DNA from: an uncultured Acidimicrobiia bacterium
GTDB lineage: Bacteria > Acidobacteriota > Terriglobia > Versatilivoradales > Versatilivoraceae
Length of the DNA: 64,000 bases
Direction of reading: 5' to 3'
NCBI GenBank assembly: GCA_963786955.1
Contig: CAWBAT010000006.1
Span: forward strand, 928,001-992,000
Shown: positions 19,736-29,913 of the stretch, piece by piece
Position numbering within the stretch: the stretch's first letter is position 1
Layout: every line of letters begins with the position of its first letter
Made by a program: the position numbers and the translations under genes
The notes under the pieces: model-generated
Told to the model about the DNA's origin: nothing
Database searches by the model: none
Seen by the model: the letters and a program-made list of their open reading frames with translations, nothing else

Positions 19736-21037
19736 ATGAAAACTGTCATCCAGTTCGAATGCGTATCCAAACGATATATGCTTGGCCTAACTCGCACCAG
19801 CCTGCCTGCATTCATATCCGGGAGGCTTCGGGAGTCGTTTAAGCGGGCTCCGCAGACGTCTTCTGATCAGCAGGATCTCTGGGCGCTGAGAGATGTAAGT
19901 TTCGATTTGGAACCCGGTCAATCTCTAGCACTCGTTGGAGCCAATGGAGCTGGCAAGACAACCGTCCTCAAACTGCTGGCAAACATCACCAAACCGACTT
20001 CAGGGTGTTTGACGGCCCATGGAAAACTTTCAGCGCTTATTGAACTGGGTGCTGGTTTCCACCCGGACCTAACAGGTCGGGAGAACATTTTCCTGAATGG
20101 TGTGATCCTGGGACTCAGCCGAAAGGAAATTGAGAATCACTTTGACGACATTGTGGCTTTCTCTGAACTTGAGCGCTTCATTGATACGCCGGTGAAGCGA
20201 TACTCATCGGGCATGATCGTCAGGTTAGGTTTTGCGGTCGCTACGTGTATTGAACCTGAAATCTTGCTCATCGATGAGGTCCTGGCGGTTGGGGATGCGT
20301 CGTTTCAACAGAAATGCCTGGGGCGGATTCGCTCATTGGTCAACAACGGTACCAGCATCATTTTCGTGTCACATAATTTTTACCTGGTCCAAGCCGTTTG
20401 TAGTAACGCTCTATATTTGCAAAAAGGAGAGGTGAAGCATTTCGGGACCACCAAAGATGTGATTGATGCCTATGAGCGGGACCTTCATCTTGAGCGAGCC
20501 CGAAGGTTCAAGCCGAGACCTTCGGAAATGACTGAGGAAGACGTTGGCATCGAACCCACTCAGGTTGAGGTGCTGAACGGGGATGGATCAACAGCAGAGA
20601 TTCTTGCCAGTGACCAGCCAGCTCAAATTCGAATCCATTACAATGCCTACAGATCACTTGGTAAAGCTCAAGCCTCAGCCTTTATCATACGCTCAGACGG
20701 TTTAACTTGTTGCATGATGCGGACCAAACTCGATGATTTCGATCTGGTTATCGAGCATGGACACGGTGTGATCACCTTGCATTTGGAACCGCTGCAGCTT
20801 GTCAGTGGGAGTTACTTTGCTGAGGTCTGGTTCCTGAATGAAAGCGATTCCATGGGTCTCATGTCAAAGGCAGGCAGATCAGACTGGTTTTCCGTGAAAG
20901 GGTCTGCCTTGAGCTATGAGGATAGCGTTGGCATCTTTGAGCCCAAGACTCGGTGGAGTCATGATGGCAATGGGCAAATAGGCAACACGGGTGACTTTGT
21001 CAAAGTAACCATGGATTCTTTGACTCGGATTGGCTGA
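19736..21037 (+). CDS. wzt: Polysaccharide ABC transporter ATP-binding subunit with C-terminal Wzt_C domain
   Basis: GANGAGKT, ELGAGFHPDLTGREN, YSSGM and LLIDEVLAVGD motifs, plus a C-terminal Ig-like extension. Confidence 0.93.
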   Translation: MKTVIQFECVSKRYMLGLTRTSLPAFISGRLRESFKRAPQTSSDQQDLWALRDVSFDLEPGQSLALVGANGAGKTTVLKLLANITKPTSGCLTAHGKLSALIELGAGFHPDLTGRENIFLNGVILGLSRKEIENHFDDIVAFSELERFIDTPVKRYSSGMIVRLGFAVATCIEPEILLIDEVLAVGDASFQQKCLGRIRSLVNNGTSIIFVSHNFYLVQAVCSNALYLQKGEVKHFGTTKDVIDAYERDLHLERARRFKPRPSEMTEEDVGIEPTQVEVLNGDGSTAEILASDQPAQIRIHYNAYRSLGKAQASAFIIRSDGLTCCMMRTKLDDFDLVIEHGHGVITLHLEPLQLVSGSYFAEVWFLNESDSMGLMSKAGRSDWFSVKGSALSYEDSVGIFEPKTRWSHDGNGQIGNTGDFVKVTMDSLTRIG

Positions 21038-21135
21038 ACCGAAGAGTAGAGTAATCCGATGAAGTCTGAGACCGAGATTCTGCGAGAAGATTTGAAGATC
21101 AGATTGAAGAAATAATTCTACTGACACCAGATCAA

Positions 21136-21927
21136 ATGCTCCTCGAGATATTCGCATTCCGGAAGATCTTTCAATCCCGAGACCTGCTCTGGGAATGGAC
21201 TTCCCGAAACATTCGGGCCCGCTACCAGCAATCAGCCCTGGGCTGGCTCTGGGCGGTCATTCAGCCGGTTGCCCAGGTAGCCATCTTCACCATTATCTTT
21301 ACGCGGCTCGTGCCAATCAACACGGGTCATATTCCTTATCTGCTCTTTTCTTATGTGGCCATTGTTCCGTGGACACTCCTGGCTATGGCTCTGCCGGATA
21401 TGGCTAATGCTCTGGTTGATAACATGACCCTGATCACGAAGATTTACTTTCCTCGTGAAGCCCTCCCGATTGCAGCCTTACTGGCTCGATTAATGGATTT
21501 TGGGGTTGCGGCCATCCTGATTGTTATTCTGCTGCTGGTTTATAGAGTCCCGGCTTTTCCTCTCGGCTGGCTGTATCTTCCACTAATCCTGGCCATTGAA
21601 CTCGTTCTGATCCTGGGATTGGGATTGGCCTGCGCCGCTCTCAACGTCTTTTTCCGCGATGTTCGATCCTTACTGGTCCTCGGCTTACAGGTGGGGTTCT
21701 ACGCTTCACCGATTATCTACCCGGTTTCGCTGGTGCCAGCATGGCTTCGCCCGATCTATTTCCTGAATCCGATGGCTGGGGTAACTGCGGCCTTCCGCGA
21801 TGTCTTGCTGGAGGGCCAGTTGCCTGGACCTTACCTTGCGCAGGCTGCCCTGGTTGCCCTGCTTGTCTTCCTGGCCGGGTACTGGTTCTTCAAACGGGTC
21901 GAATTCCAAATTGCGGATATCGTGTGA
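21136..21927 (+). CDS. wzm: Polysaccharide ABC transporter permease
   Basis: RYQQSALGWLWAVIQP, LITKIYFPRE, FYASPIIYP and LNPM motifs; 6 TMs. Confidence 0.93.
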   Translation: MLLEIFAFRKIFQSRDLLWEWTSRNIRARYQQSALGWLWAVIQPVAQVAIFTIIFTRLVPINTGHIPYLLFSYVAIVPWTLLAMALPDMANALVDNMTLITKIYFPREALPIAALLARLMDFGVAAILIVILLLVYRVPAFPLGWLYLPLILAIELVLILGLGLACAALNVFFRDVRSLLVLGLQVGFYASPIIYPVSLVPAWLRPIYFLNPMAGVTAAFRDVLLEGQLPGPYLAQAALVALLVFLAGYWFFKRVEFQIADIV

Positions 21928-21941
21928 AGAACGAGGGGCCG

Positions 21942-23360
21942 ATGAACTCTCCGAAAGTCAGCGTCGTCATTCCAGCCTACAACGGTGCCGAATTTCTGGG
22001 GGAAGCTATCCGAAGTGTTCTCGGGCAGACTTACCCAAACTTCGAGATTATTGTCGTTGATGATGCTTCACCTGACAATTCTGCCGAGATCGTCCGGGGG
22101 TTCGATGATCAGCGACTCATATACTTAGCCCACAAAGTAAACCGGGGTGCAGTCGCAGCCAGAGAGACAGGTGTCCGGATCTCTACCGGTGAAATCATAG
22201 CATTCCTCGACCAGGATGACTTGTTTCACCGGGCAAAGCTTGAAACTCATGTCGCATTCTTGGCTAAGCACCCCGAGGTCGGCCTAACGTACAACTCTCG
22301 GTTCGAGGTGCGGGATTCATCGAATACGATTTGTGGACTGTGGAGACCCGCACCGACCCTGTCTCTGGCGGATCTGGTTGTTGGCTTCCCCATTTCCCCA
22401 AGCGACACAGTCATCAGGCGTAGTTGGGCCTCAGGTGACCACATTTGGGATGACAGCTTCGCCTTTGAGGGCGAAGAGGTCATTTTCAACGGCCACGAGA
22501 TTGTTTTTGGGGGGCGCTTGGCGCTTGCCGGCTGTCAGTTCGCTCATGTTGGGCGGGCACTTAACTATCGACGTTTTCACACAGACCGGAAGCTCACAAA
22601 AATCAAAGGTCGCTGCAGAGCTGAACTCGCCTGCCAGCAACTAATCTTCTCTGACCCTCGCTGTCCTGCTGAGGTTCTGGCGCTTCGTAACATCGCGTTC
22701 GCAAATCTCCATTTGATATGGGCATTCGAAGCGTTCTTTCAAGGTGAAACTCCTTTAGGGCAAGAATTGCTCCGGAATGCTGTTCAATTGAAACCATCCC
22801 TTCTGGAGAGTAAGCCTTGTGAGCTAGTCAACGCATTAACTGTGACATGTTCCTCGTTCCAGAGAGACGGTTTCGAAGGTCTACTGCAAAAGGTCCTCGC
22901 AAACCTCCCCCCTGAACTGGCTCAACTCGCGGAGCAGCATGATTGGGCCATCGCCCGCGGGTACCTGCTGAAAGCAACTCAGGCGACGATGTGGGACCGC
23001 GCGGAGGACGCCAGGACCTGTTTCGATCGTGCATCCGACTTGGGAGCCCAAATCGATGAGTCCTTCGTACAATCGCTGACCGCGCAGTTGATGGACCATG
23101 AGGCAGAGTTCGGCATTCAACGCTCCAGGGCTGTGATTCAAGCACTGATTCCAAATCTGAAGAGGTTTGGAGCGCGACGCGCCCTACGCAAGTTCAACGC
23201 ATGTTATTGGATCAACCAGGCATTTCAGAATAGCCGCATGGGCAATCACCACGCAGTCACAAGGAACGTTCTTCGGGGACTTTCTAACGACCTCAGCTAC
23301 CTGGCCAATCGGGGGGTTCTCGCCATCTTGTTTCGCTCGCTTTATCGGAGGTGCAAATGA
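21942..23360 (+). CDS. GT2 glycosyltransferase with helical C-terminal extension
   Basis: Start reassigned to ATG 21942 (GAGGGG RBS): MNSPKVSVVIPAYN...VVDDAS...FLDQDD. Confidence 0.9.
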   Translation: MNSPKVSVVIPAYNGAEFLGEAIRSVLGQTYPNFEIIVVDDASPDNSAEIVRGFDDQRLIYLAHKVNRGAVAARETGVRISTGEIIAFLDQDDLFHRAKLETHVAFLAKHPEVGLTYNSRFEVRDSSNTICGLWRPAPTLSLADLVVGFPISPSDTVIRRSWASGDHIWDDSFAFEGEEVIFNGHEIVFGGRLALAGCQFAHVGRALNYRRFHTDRKLTKIKGRCRAELACQQLIFSDPRCPAEVLALRNIAFANLHLIWAFEAFFQGETPLGQELLRNAVQLKPSLLESKPCELVNALTVTCSSFQRDGFEGLLQKVLANLPPELAQLAEQHDWAIARGYLLKATQATMWDRAEDARTCFDRASDLGAQIDESFVQSLTAQLMDHEAEFGIQRSRAVIQALIPNLKRFGARRALRKFNACYWINQAFQNSRMGNHHAVTRNVLRGLSNDLSYLANRGVLAILFRSLYRRCK

Positions 23361-24163
23361 CGACGGCTGCACAACGAAGTTTGGCTGGTTATGCTGACCA
23401 ACAGGTTAGCTATCAAGATCTGGAAATTTCCCCAGATGATGCCCGTTGCCAGTATCTCGATTGGGATTCCAGTTTCTTTGGATATCGGATCGCGCGCGTG
23501 GCTGCAAGCCGGCTCGACGTGAGATCCGCCAAGGAGATTCTCGAGTGGTGCGCTGGCTGCAAGATTGACTGCCTTTATTTTCTGGCAGATGCCGATGATG
23601 ACGCCACAGTTCGATTGGCGGAGGAGCACAAGTTTCACCTGGTCGATATCCGCGCCACTTTCGAAAAGCGGCTGGATGGCAGTCTGTGCGAGCGCGATCA
23701 GTGCTGCTCTGCCCTCGTTCGAGCGCACACCACTTCGGACATTCCCGCGCTGAAACACATTGCACGTGTCAGTTACCACCACACTCGCTTCCATTACGAC
23801 GTTCATTTCCCTCCCGAGCGGGCCGACGCGATGTATGAAACGTGGATCGAAAAAAGTTGCAACGAATATGCCGAAACCGTGCTGGTAGCCGATGTTGAGG
23901 GGAAACCTGCCGGTTATGTTTCGTGCCATCTCCTGGAGAAATCCATGGGACAGATTGGGTTGATTGGAGTCAGTCCGGACTGCAAGGGAGCAGGTCTGGG
24001 CCAAACACTGGTCAATGAATCGCTGCGCTGGTTCGCCGGCAGAGGCGTGAACCGCGTCCGTGTTATCACTCAGGGCAGGAACCCCCAAGCTCAGCGCCTC
24101 TATGAGAGAAGTGGCTTCGTGACGGAGGCCCTTCATCTCTGGTATCACCGCTGGTTTCTGTAG
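23357..24163 (+). CDS. rffC: dTDP-fucosamine acetyltransferase (GNAT, WecD/RffC-like)
   Basis: LDWDSSFFGYRIA, TRFHYD..F...ADAMYETWI and VITQGRNPQAQRLYERSGF...WYHRW motifs; ATGA overlap with the upstream gene. Confidence 0.85.
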   Translation: MTTAAQRSLAGYADQQVSYQDLEISPDDARCQYLDWDSSFFGYRIARVAASRLDVRSAKEILEWCAGCKIDCLYFLADADDDATVRLAEEHKFHLVDIRATFEKRLDGSLCERDQCCSALVRAHTTSDIPALKHIARVSYHHTRFHYDVHFPPERADAMYETWIEKSCNEYAETVLVADVEGKPAGYVSCHLLEKSMGQIGLIGVSPDCKGAGLGQTLVNESLRWFAGRGVNRVRVITQGRNPQAQRLYERSGFVTEALHLWYHRWFL

Positions 24164-24233
24164 CAGGCCAACGACTTCAAGACCCATTCCCGATGCCCGA
24201 TTTCAACCCCTGCAGGAAGAGCGAGGTCCGACG

Positions 24234-25568
24234 ATGAGAATTTGCATGGTCTTCTATGACATGCAGGATTTTGGTGGGTTAGAGGAGTACGCAGTTTCCC
24301 TGGCAATTGGTCTGCAGAAACAGGGGCACCAGGTTAGCGCGCTCTCTGCTGCCTGGGTGCCAACAGACAATCAGTATTTGCGCCGATTCCGCGAACATCG
24401 GGTGCCGCTGGCGCAACCTCCACCTTGGCTTTCCCATCCTGCCTCGCACTGGCCCACCAAAGAAAAGACACTGGCGTCGGTCATGTGGCTATTGGGCCCG
24501 ATGGTCTTCTTGCTGGGTACGGGTCTTTACTTGCGGAGGACCAATTCCTGGAGAAAGTGCTTGAGCAGCGCTCAGGGTTGGCTGCGGAGGCAGATGATGA
24601 CCCGGGTCATCGGGCCGGATCGGCGCAGGCTTCTGGCTCGCTTCCTTTTGAGCTGGTGGCGGATGCGCTGGCGTCCGAATCTTTTGCATATCCACGGTTA
24701 TACCACCAACCTCTTGTTTGCCATCGATTGGGCACATGCCAGAGGAGTTCCCGTTGTCTACGAAGAGCACCAAACTCCGGATGCGCAGTTTAATTGGTGG
24801 AAAGACTTTCAAAAGAGCATTAACAAGGCAAGCATGGTCGTGGCGGTCTCAGAAGAGAGCGCGAAGGCCCTAAGAGCTGTGTGTGGTGTCACCCAGCCGA
24901 TCGCTATAATTGGCCCGATCGTCTCGGATCCAATCCAGCCAGGCGGATACAATAATGGCAGAAGCAGAAACCATTCTGGACCTTTGCACGTTACCACGCT
25001 GGCTCGCCTCTACGTGACCAAAGGGCTCACCTTTTTGCTCGAGGCGATGGCACAGGTTCTGGTGACCCATCCGGCCACCCAGTTCCGGGTCTACGGAGAA
25101 GGGTCGCTGCGCGAGGAGCTACTAGCGTATTCCCACAAGCTTGGACTGGATGGAGACGCCATCTTTGTGGGCGCCTTCACGGAAAGAGCAGCATTGTCGA
25201 AGATCATGGCGCAGACCGACCTCTTCGTGATGTCTTCCGTACTCGAAGGACAGCCTCTTGCTTTGGTGGAGGCCATGGCTTATGGATGTCCGATCGTGGC
25301 CACCCGCGTGGGTGGAATTGCTGAGCTGATAAGCGACGGCATCAACGGGCTATTGTGTGAACCATGCAACTCTGCCTGTTTGGCTCAACAGATCAAAACC
25401 CTGATTGAGGATCCCGTTCAACGGCAGCAGTTGGGCAGGGCTGCGCGTCGCTCTTACGAGCAGGGGCCCTATCAGCCGGTATCCGTTTGCGATCGTTTCA
25501 TATCACTCTACAATGAAGTACTCCTGTCGCATCAGCTCAAGCCTGTAAGCCCGATAGCTGACAACTAG
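24234..25568 (+). CDS. GT4 glycosyltransferase
   Basis: GGLEEY, ARLYVTKG and SSVLEGQPLALVEAMAYGCPIVATRVGG motifs. Confidence 0.9.
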   Translation: MRICMVFYDMQDFGGLEEYAVSLAIGLQKQGHQVSALSAAWVPTDNQYLRRFREHRVPLAQPPPWLSHPASHWPTKEKTLASVMWLLGPMVFLLGTGLYLRRTNSWRKCLSSAQGWLRRQMMTRVIGPDRRRLLARFLLSWWRMRWRPNLLHIHGYTTNLLFAIDWAHARGVPVVYEEHQTPDAQFNWWKDFQKSINKASMVVAVSEESAKALRAVCGVTQPIAIIGPIVSDPIQPGGYNNGRSRNHSGPLHVTTLARLYVTKGLTFLLEAMAQVLVTHPATQFRVYGEGSLREELLAYSHKLGLDGDAIFVGAFTERAALSKIMAQTDLFVMSSVLEGQPLALVEAMAYGCPIVATRVGGIAELISDGINGLLCEPCNSACLAQQIKTLIEDPVQRQQLGRAARRSYEQGPYQPVSVCDRFISLYNEVLLSHQLKPVSPIADN

Positions 25569-25682
25569 AACGTACATCCTCCCCCTTTTCGGCGGGCTTA
25601 CTTCCTGCTTCCCAGAGAACGAGAATGTTTTGCGATTGGATTGTTCGGACGGCTCAAATGAGTCGGAACGATAAGGTTACAC

Positions 25683-27032
25683 ATGAGCGCCATCGTCGAG
25701 AAAGATCGTTGCTGCACACAAGCGAGATCCGACATTAATAGATTGTCTTGCGGCCCTTGGCGCATTGCTATCGGGGTGCCCGATTGGCAGCCGCTATTCG
25801 ATGTAATGAATGGCAAGCCCGCGAACGCGACCTATGTCCTTCAAAGGTATGTAGCCGACGGACTGAAGGCAAGAGGCCACAGCCTGACACTTATGGCCCC
25901 GCGTGACCTTGAACAGATGGTATGTACAACAGACCCGCAGACACCCAGCGCCGCCGCTCAAACCTGGTCGCGAAGTCGTTGGTTTGACTTTGTCAGCAGA
26001 GGCACCTGGCACTTGCAGCAATGGCTGGGCGTTCCCTATCTCAACGTGTTTTCAAACTACCGTCGTTTGGACGCATGTCTGCAGTCCCTGCCTGGACACG
26101 ACGTGGTTTATGAACGTCATGGCCTCTACAGGTCAGGTGTGGCGATGGCATGTAGGCGGCTCAAGCTTCCTTACATGATATTTTTTGAGGCTGACGAGAT
26201 CCTAGAATTTGACTTCATGGGTAAACCGATCACCGGATTACTGCGCAAGCGGGCGATTCAGGTGATGCATTACAACCTGAGAACAGCAACACGAATCATC
26301 TGCGTTTCTGAGGCCTTGAAGCATCATTTAGTCGTCAGGTGGAGAGTGGCCGCCGAAAAGATTCTCGTGTTTCCGAATGGTGTTGATGTTCAGCGGTTCC
26401 GGCCCGACAAATCAGCCAACTTCAAAGTTCGAAGCACGCTGAGGTTGGAGACTAACCCGCTAATTATCTTCGTGGGTAATTTTTACGCCTGGCACGATGT
26501 CTCGACGCTGCTAGAAGCGTTTTCCCGGTTGATAAACGTGAAACCTGAAGTGCGCTTGCTCCTCGTGGGAGATGGAGACCTGCGCCAGGCAATGGTGCAG
26601 CGTACGATCGACCTCGGCATACAGTCGTCAGTGCGATTCACTGGCTTGCTGGCTCATGCCGAGGTGCCCGAACTGATGGCCGCTGCCGATGTGGCCGTCG
26701 TGCCATACCCGGTCATGAAGCACGATCTATGGCTGTCTCCGCTAAAGCTCTTCGAGTATATGGCTTCGGGTACGGCCGTCGTCGCGTCGCGAGTGGGGCA
26801 GCTCAAAGATGTCATTCAAGACAATCACAACGGCCTGCTAGTCCCGCCGGGAAATGCTTCGGCGATGGCAGCGGCCCTGAAAAGACTGATTGATGATCCG
26901 ACTCTGCGTTTACGGTTGGGGCAACAAGCCAGAAAAGATGCGGTGCGAAAACATTCGTGGGACGAGTACCTTTCCCGCTTGGAAAAGGTCTTCGGCGCGG
27001 TCATCGCTGGTGAGGCGGTCATCCAGATCTGA
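25683..27032 (+). CDS. GT4 glycosyltransferase
   Basis: PNGVD, FVGNFYAWHDV and SPLKLFEYMASG motifs. Confidence 0.9.
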   Translation: MSAIVEKDRCCTQARSDINRLSCGPWRIAIGVPDWQPLFDVMNGKPANATYVLQRYVADGLKARGHSLTLMAPRDLEQMVCTTDPQTPSAAAQTWSRSRWFDFVSRGTWHLQQWLGVPYLNVFSNYRRLDACLQSLPGHDVVYERHGLYRSGVAMACRRLKLPYMIFFEADEILEFDFMGKPITGLLRKRAIQVMHYNLRTATRIICVSEALKHHLVVRWRVAAEKILVFPNGVDVQRFRPDKSANFKVRSTLRLETNPLIIFVGNFYAWHDVSTLLEAFSRLINVKPEVRLLLVGDGDLRQAMVQRTIDLGIQSSVRFTGLLAHAEVPELMAAADVAVVPYPVMKHDLWLSPLKLFEYMASGTAVVASRVGQLKDVIQDNHNGLLVPPGNASAMAAALKRLIDDPTLRLRLGQQARKDAVRKHSWDEYLSRLEKVFGAVIAGEAVIQI

Positions 27033-27278
27033 ATTCTCACGTTTGCCCGCGACATTACCTCATCTTTCCCATCATCGAACAGAAATGACCGGGCGTTGAC
27101 CGTCTTATCTCAAGCATGCCGCAAGCGGGCCTCTCCTAATCCTCACGAGGCTTGAGTCACCAGGTATTCAGTTTCCAAGTCGACAGGCTACGTATTCAAG
27201 GAAGACAATTGCCGATGGTTGATTCAAAAGTTCCAAACCGTCCAACCGGAACGGCAAACCACTTGAAAAGAGACTATT

Positions 27279-29760
27279 GTGAAAATTCTCTTTCTTTCCA
27301 ATTTTTATCCACCGTATAGCATCGGCGGATACGAAATGTTGTGCCTCGAAGTCGTTGAGGATCTGGCCAGACGAGGGCACGAAGTCGCGGTCCTCACGAG
27401 TACCTATGGAGTTGCTCACGAGTTCATAGATGGGTACGTCCACCGCCTACTGACACTTGAAAGCGATCTCCATTTTTATGGAAGGCGCGAGGCTTGGGGT
27501 TACCCCCTCAGGAAGAAGCGCAATCTGCAGCACCTTCGACGACTGATCGACACAGAGCAACCAGACTTGGTGTTTGTCTGGGGCATGTGGAATCTCTCTA
27601 AGAGTCTGGCCCTAGAGGCCGAAGCATTGATGGGAACTCGCGTGGTCTACTACCTTGCCAACCCCTGGCCCATCGAACCCAACATGCATCAACGCTATTG
27701 GGATATGCCGGCCCGGACAGCGTTTGGCCGGCTTGTAAAACCTATTTTGCGTCTTCCAGCGCGTCTTTTACTGAGGGCAGAATGGGAGCGAATCCCTCTG
27801 CGATTCGAGCATGCGCCTTGCTGCAGCCAGGCGCAAAGAGATCAATTGATTCACTCTGGAGTGCCGCTGCAAGATGCGCCAGTAATCTATGAAGGTATTG
27901 ACTTGAGACCATATCTGGCCCAGGCAGAGCAACGAAGCAATCGGACTGGGAACGGGACACTGTCGCTGGTCTTTGTTGGCATCCTGGCAAAACATAAGGG
28001 AGTCCACACAACGATCGAGGCGCTCACTCATCTGTCCTGCGCTGACCGAAAGCGGGTCCATCTCACGATTCTGGGTTCGGGACATCCGCAGTATGAGAGC
28101 TTTCTGCGGGGCTTGGTGACAAAACGCCAGTTGTCTGACTTCGTCTCTTTCCACGATCCCATCCCGCGTTCTGATCTGCCGGCTTTCTTGGGAAGGTTCG
28201 ACGTGTTGTTGCTTCCATCGATCTGGGCAGAACCGCTGGCGCGCATCATGCAGGAGGGGCTCGCCAGTGGCATGGTTGTGATTGGTTCGGCCACAGGCGG
28301 GACGGCAGAAACGATTTGTCATGGTGAAAATGGGCTGCTCTTCCCTGCAGAAGATGCCGCTGAACTGGCGCGGCAGATCGGGTGTGTACTGGGCAATCCG
28401 GCATTACGTCATGCGCTCACCGAAGCCGGGCGCCGCACAGCCGTCGACAAATTTGAATTACAGAGAATGGTAGATGAACTTGAAGGCTACTTGGAACACA
28501 TCAATGCTACTGCCTTCGGTGATTCAAGAGAGAGAGACAACCCTCTGGTCAGCATCATCATCCCTAATTTCAATCATGGCCCATTCATTGCGGACGCAAT
28601 CCGCTGCGTTCTGAACCAGGACTACCGTAGTTTCGAAATTATTGTGGTTGATGATGGTTCAACCGACAACAGTCGCGAAGTTGTGGCGGAGTTTGGTGAA
28701 CAAGTTCATTATATTTGGCAAGAAAACCAGGGCCTGTCGGCTGCCCGCAATACCGGCATTCAAGCCGCCAAAGGAGCCTACATCGCCTTACTGGACGCTG
28801 ATGACATGTACGAGCCAAATTTTCTGAGCACCCTAATGAAAGCTCTTCAAGAAGATCCCAGGCCGATGGTATCCATTGTGGCTATCAGTTTGTTGATCAC
28901 TTGAATCGTCCTTTACCTCAGATAGAGGCTCGCTCAATTCCAGAAAGTGAACTATTTCAGGCGCTAGCCGATGGAGATTTCCTGGTTCCTGAAGCGATGC
29001 TGGTTCGCCGGAGTTGTTATGACAGCGTGGGGGCATTTGATGAAACTCTGCGCGGCTTGTGAAGATTGGGATATGTGGCTCAGAATCTCGAAGCAGTATT
29101 AAGATTATTGGGACCACCCGAATTCTCACGCGCCATCGGATTCTACCTGGCAGCATGTCGACCGACCCGGTTCGAATGTTAACCAGTCGTCTGGCTGTCC
29201 TGAAGAAACACTTTGGGAAGGAGCCAGGAGACGAGGAGAAAACAGTCAGCGCAAGACGACGAGCCTATGGACGGGCTTATCTTGGATCAAGTGTTGAGTA
29301 TCTGCAGCACGGGGATAGAGAACGCGCCTACGAATGTTTTCAGAAGATGGCTAAAGTGTGTCCAAACCTGTTGACCCAGCTGGACACGTTTTACCAGTTA
29401 GGTTGCGGAGACCAGCCCAAGGGACATATGGGGGATTTCGCATCTCTTGACTTGCAGAGCAACAGTCTAGCGCTTTTGCAGATGCTTGTCAGATTGTTTG
29501 CAAATCCGGATACCAGAATCAGACTAGCCAAGTGCCAGCGCCCGGCTTATGCCCAGGCTTATTTCGCTCTCGGCCTGCTTTATTACGGATCTCGGAAGCT
29601 CCCTGAAGCCAGGCATTTTCTCTGGTCCGCCGTGATCACTAACCCAAGATTTGGACTCAAACGTCAACTTGTGTTGACCTGGGCAAAATCATTGTTGAGC
29701 CCTAAATTGCTTAACCGATTTAAAGTTAGTGGTAAGCGCGAGAAGAGATTCGCTTGCTAG
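27279..29760 (+). pseudogene. GT4-GT2 fusion glycosyltransferase interrupted by three frameshifts (pseudogene or assembly error)
   Basis: GT4 domain (LPSIWAEPLAR) followed by a GT2 domain (VSIIIPNFN...LLDADD). Continuity with paralog 39186-40433 requires shifts near 28860, 29054 and 29100. Confidence 0.8.
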
Positions 29761-29913
29761 TTATTATTCACTTTTTCTAACTCGCCAAGGAAGTTGCAGT
29801 TGATCGCCTGACCTTTGCAACCACAATTAACGCCTTCTCGGCGCTTGGATCCCGGTCCGCCTGCTCTTTATTTCCAACTTCTATCCCTCCTATGGATTGG
29901 GCAGAGATGAACA

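Noticed and set aside
21741-21941. N-terminal extension of the GT2 ORF
   Set aside because: It overlaps wzm by about 190 bp; ATG 21942 has an RBS and starts the conserved domain.
23342-24187. 281-aa minus-strand ORF and similar long antisense ORFs (13492-14163, 48536-49213, 52538-53173, 62829-63527)
   Set aside because: They are shadows of well-supported genes on the opposite strand and have no recognisable motifs.
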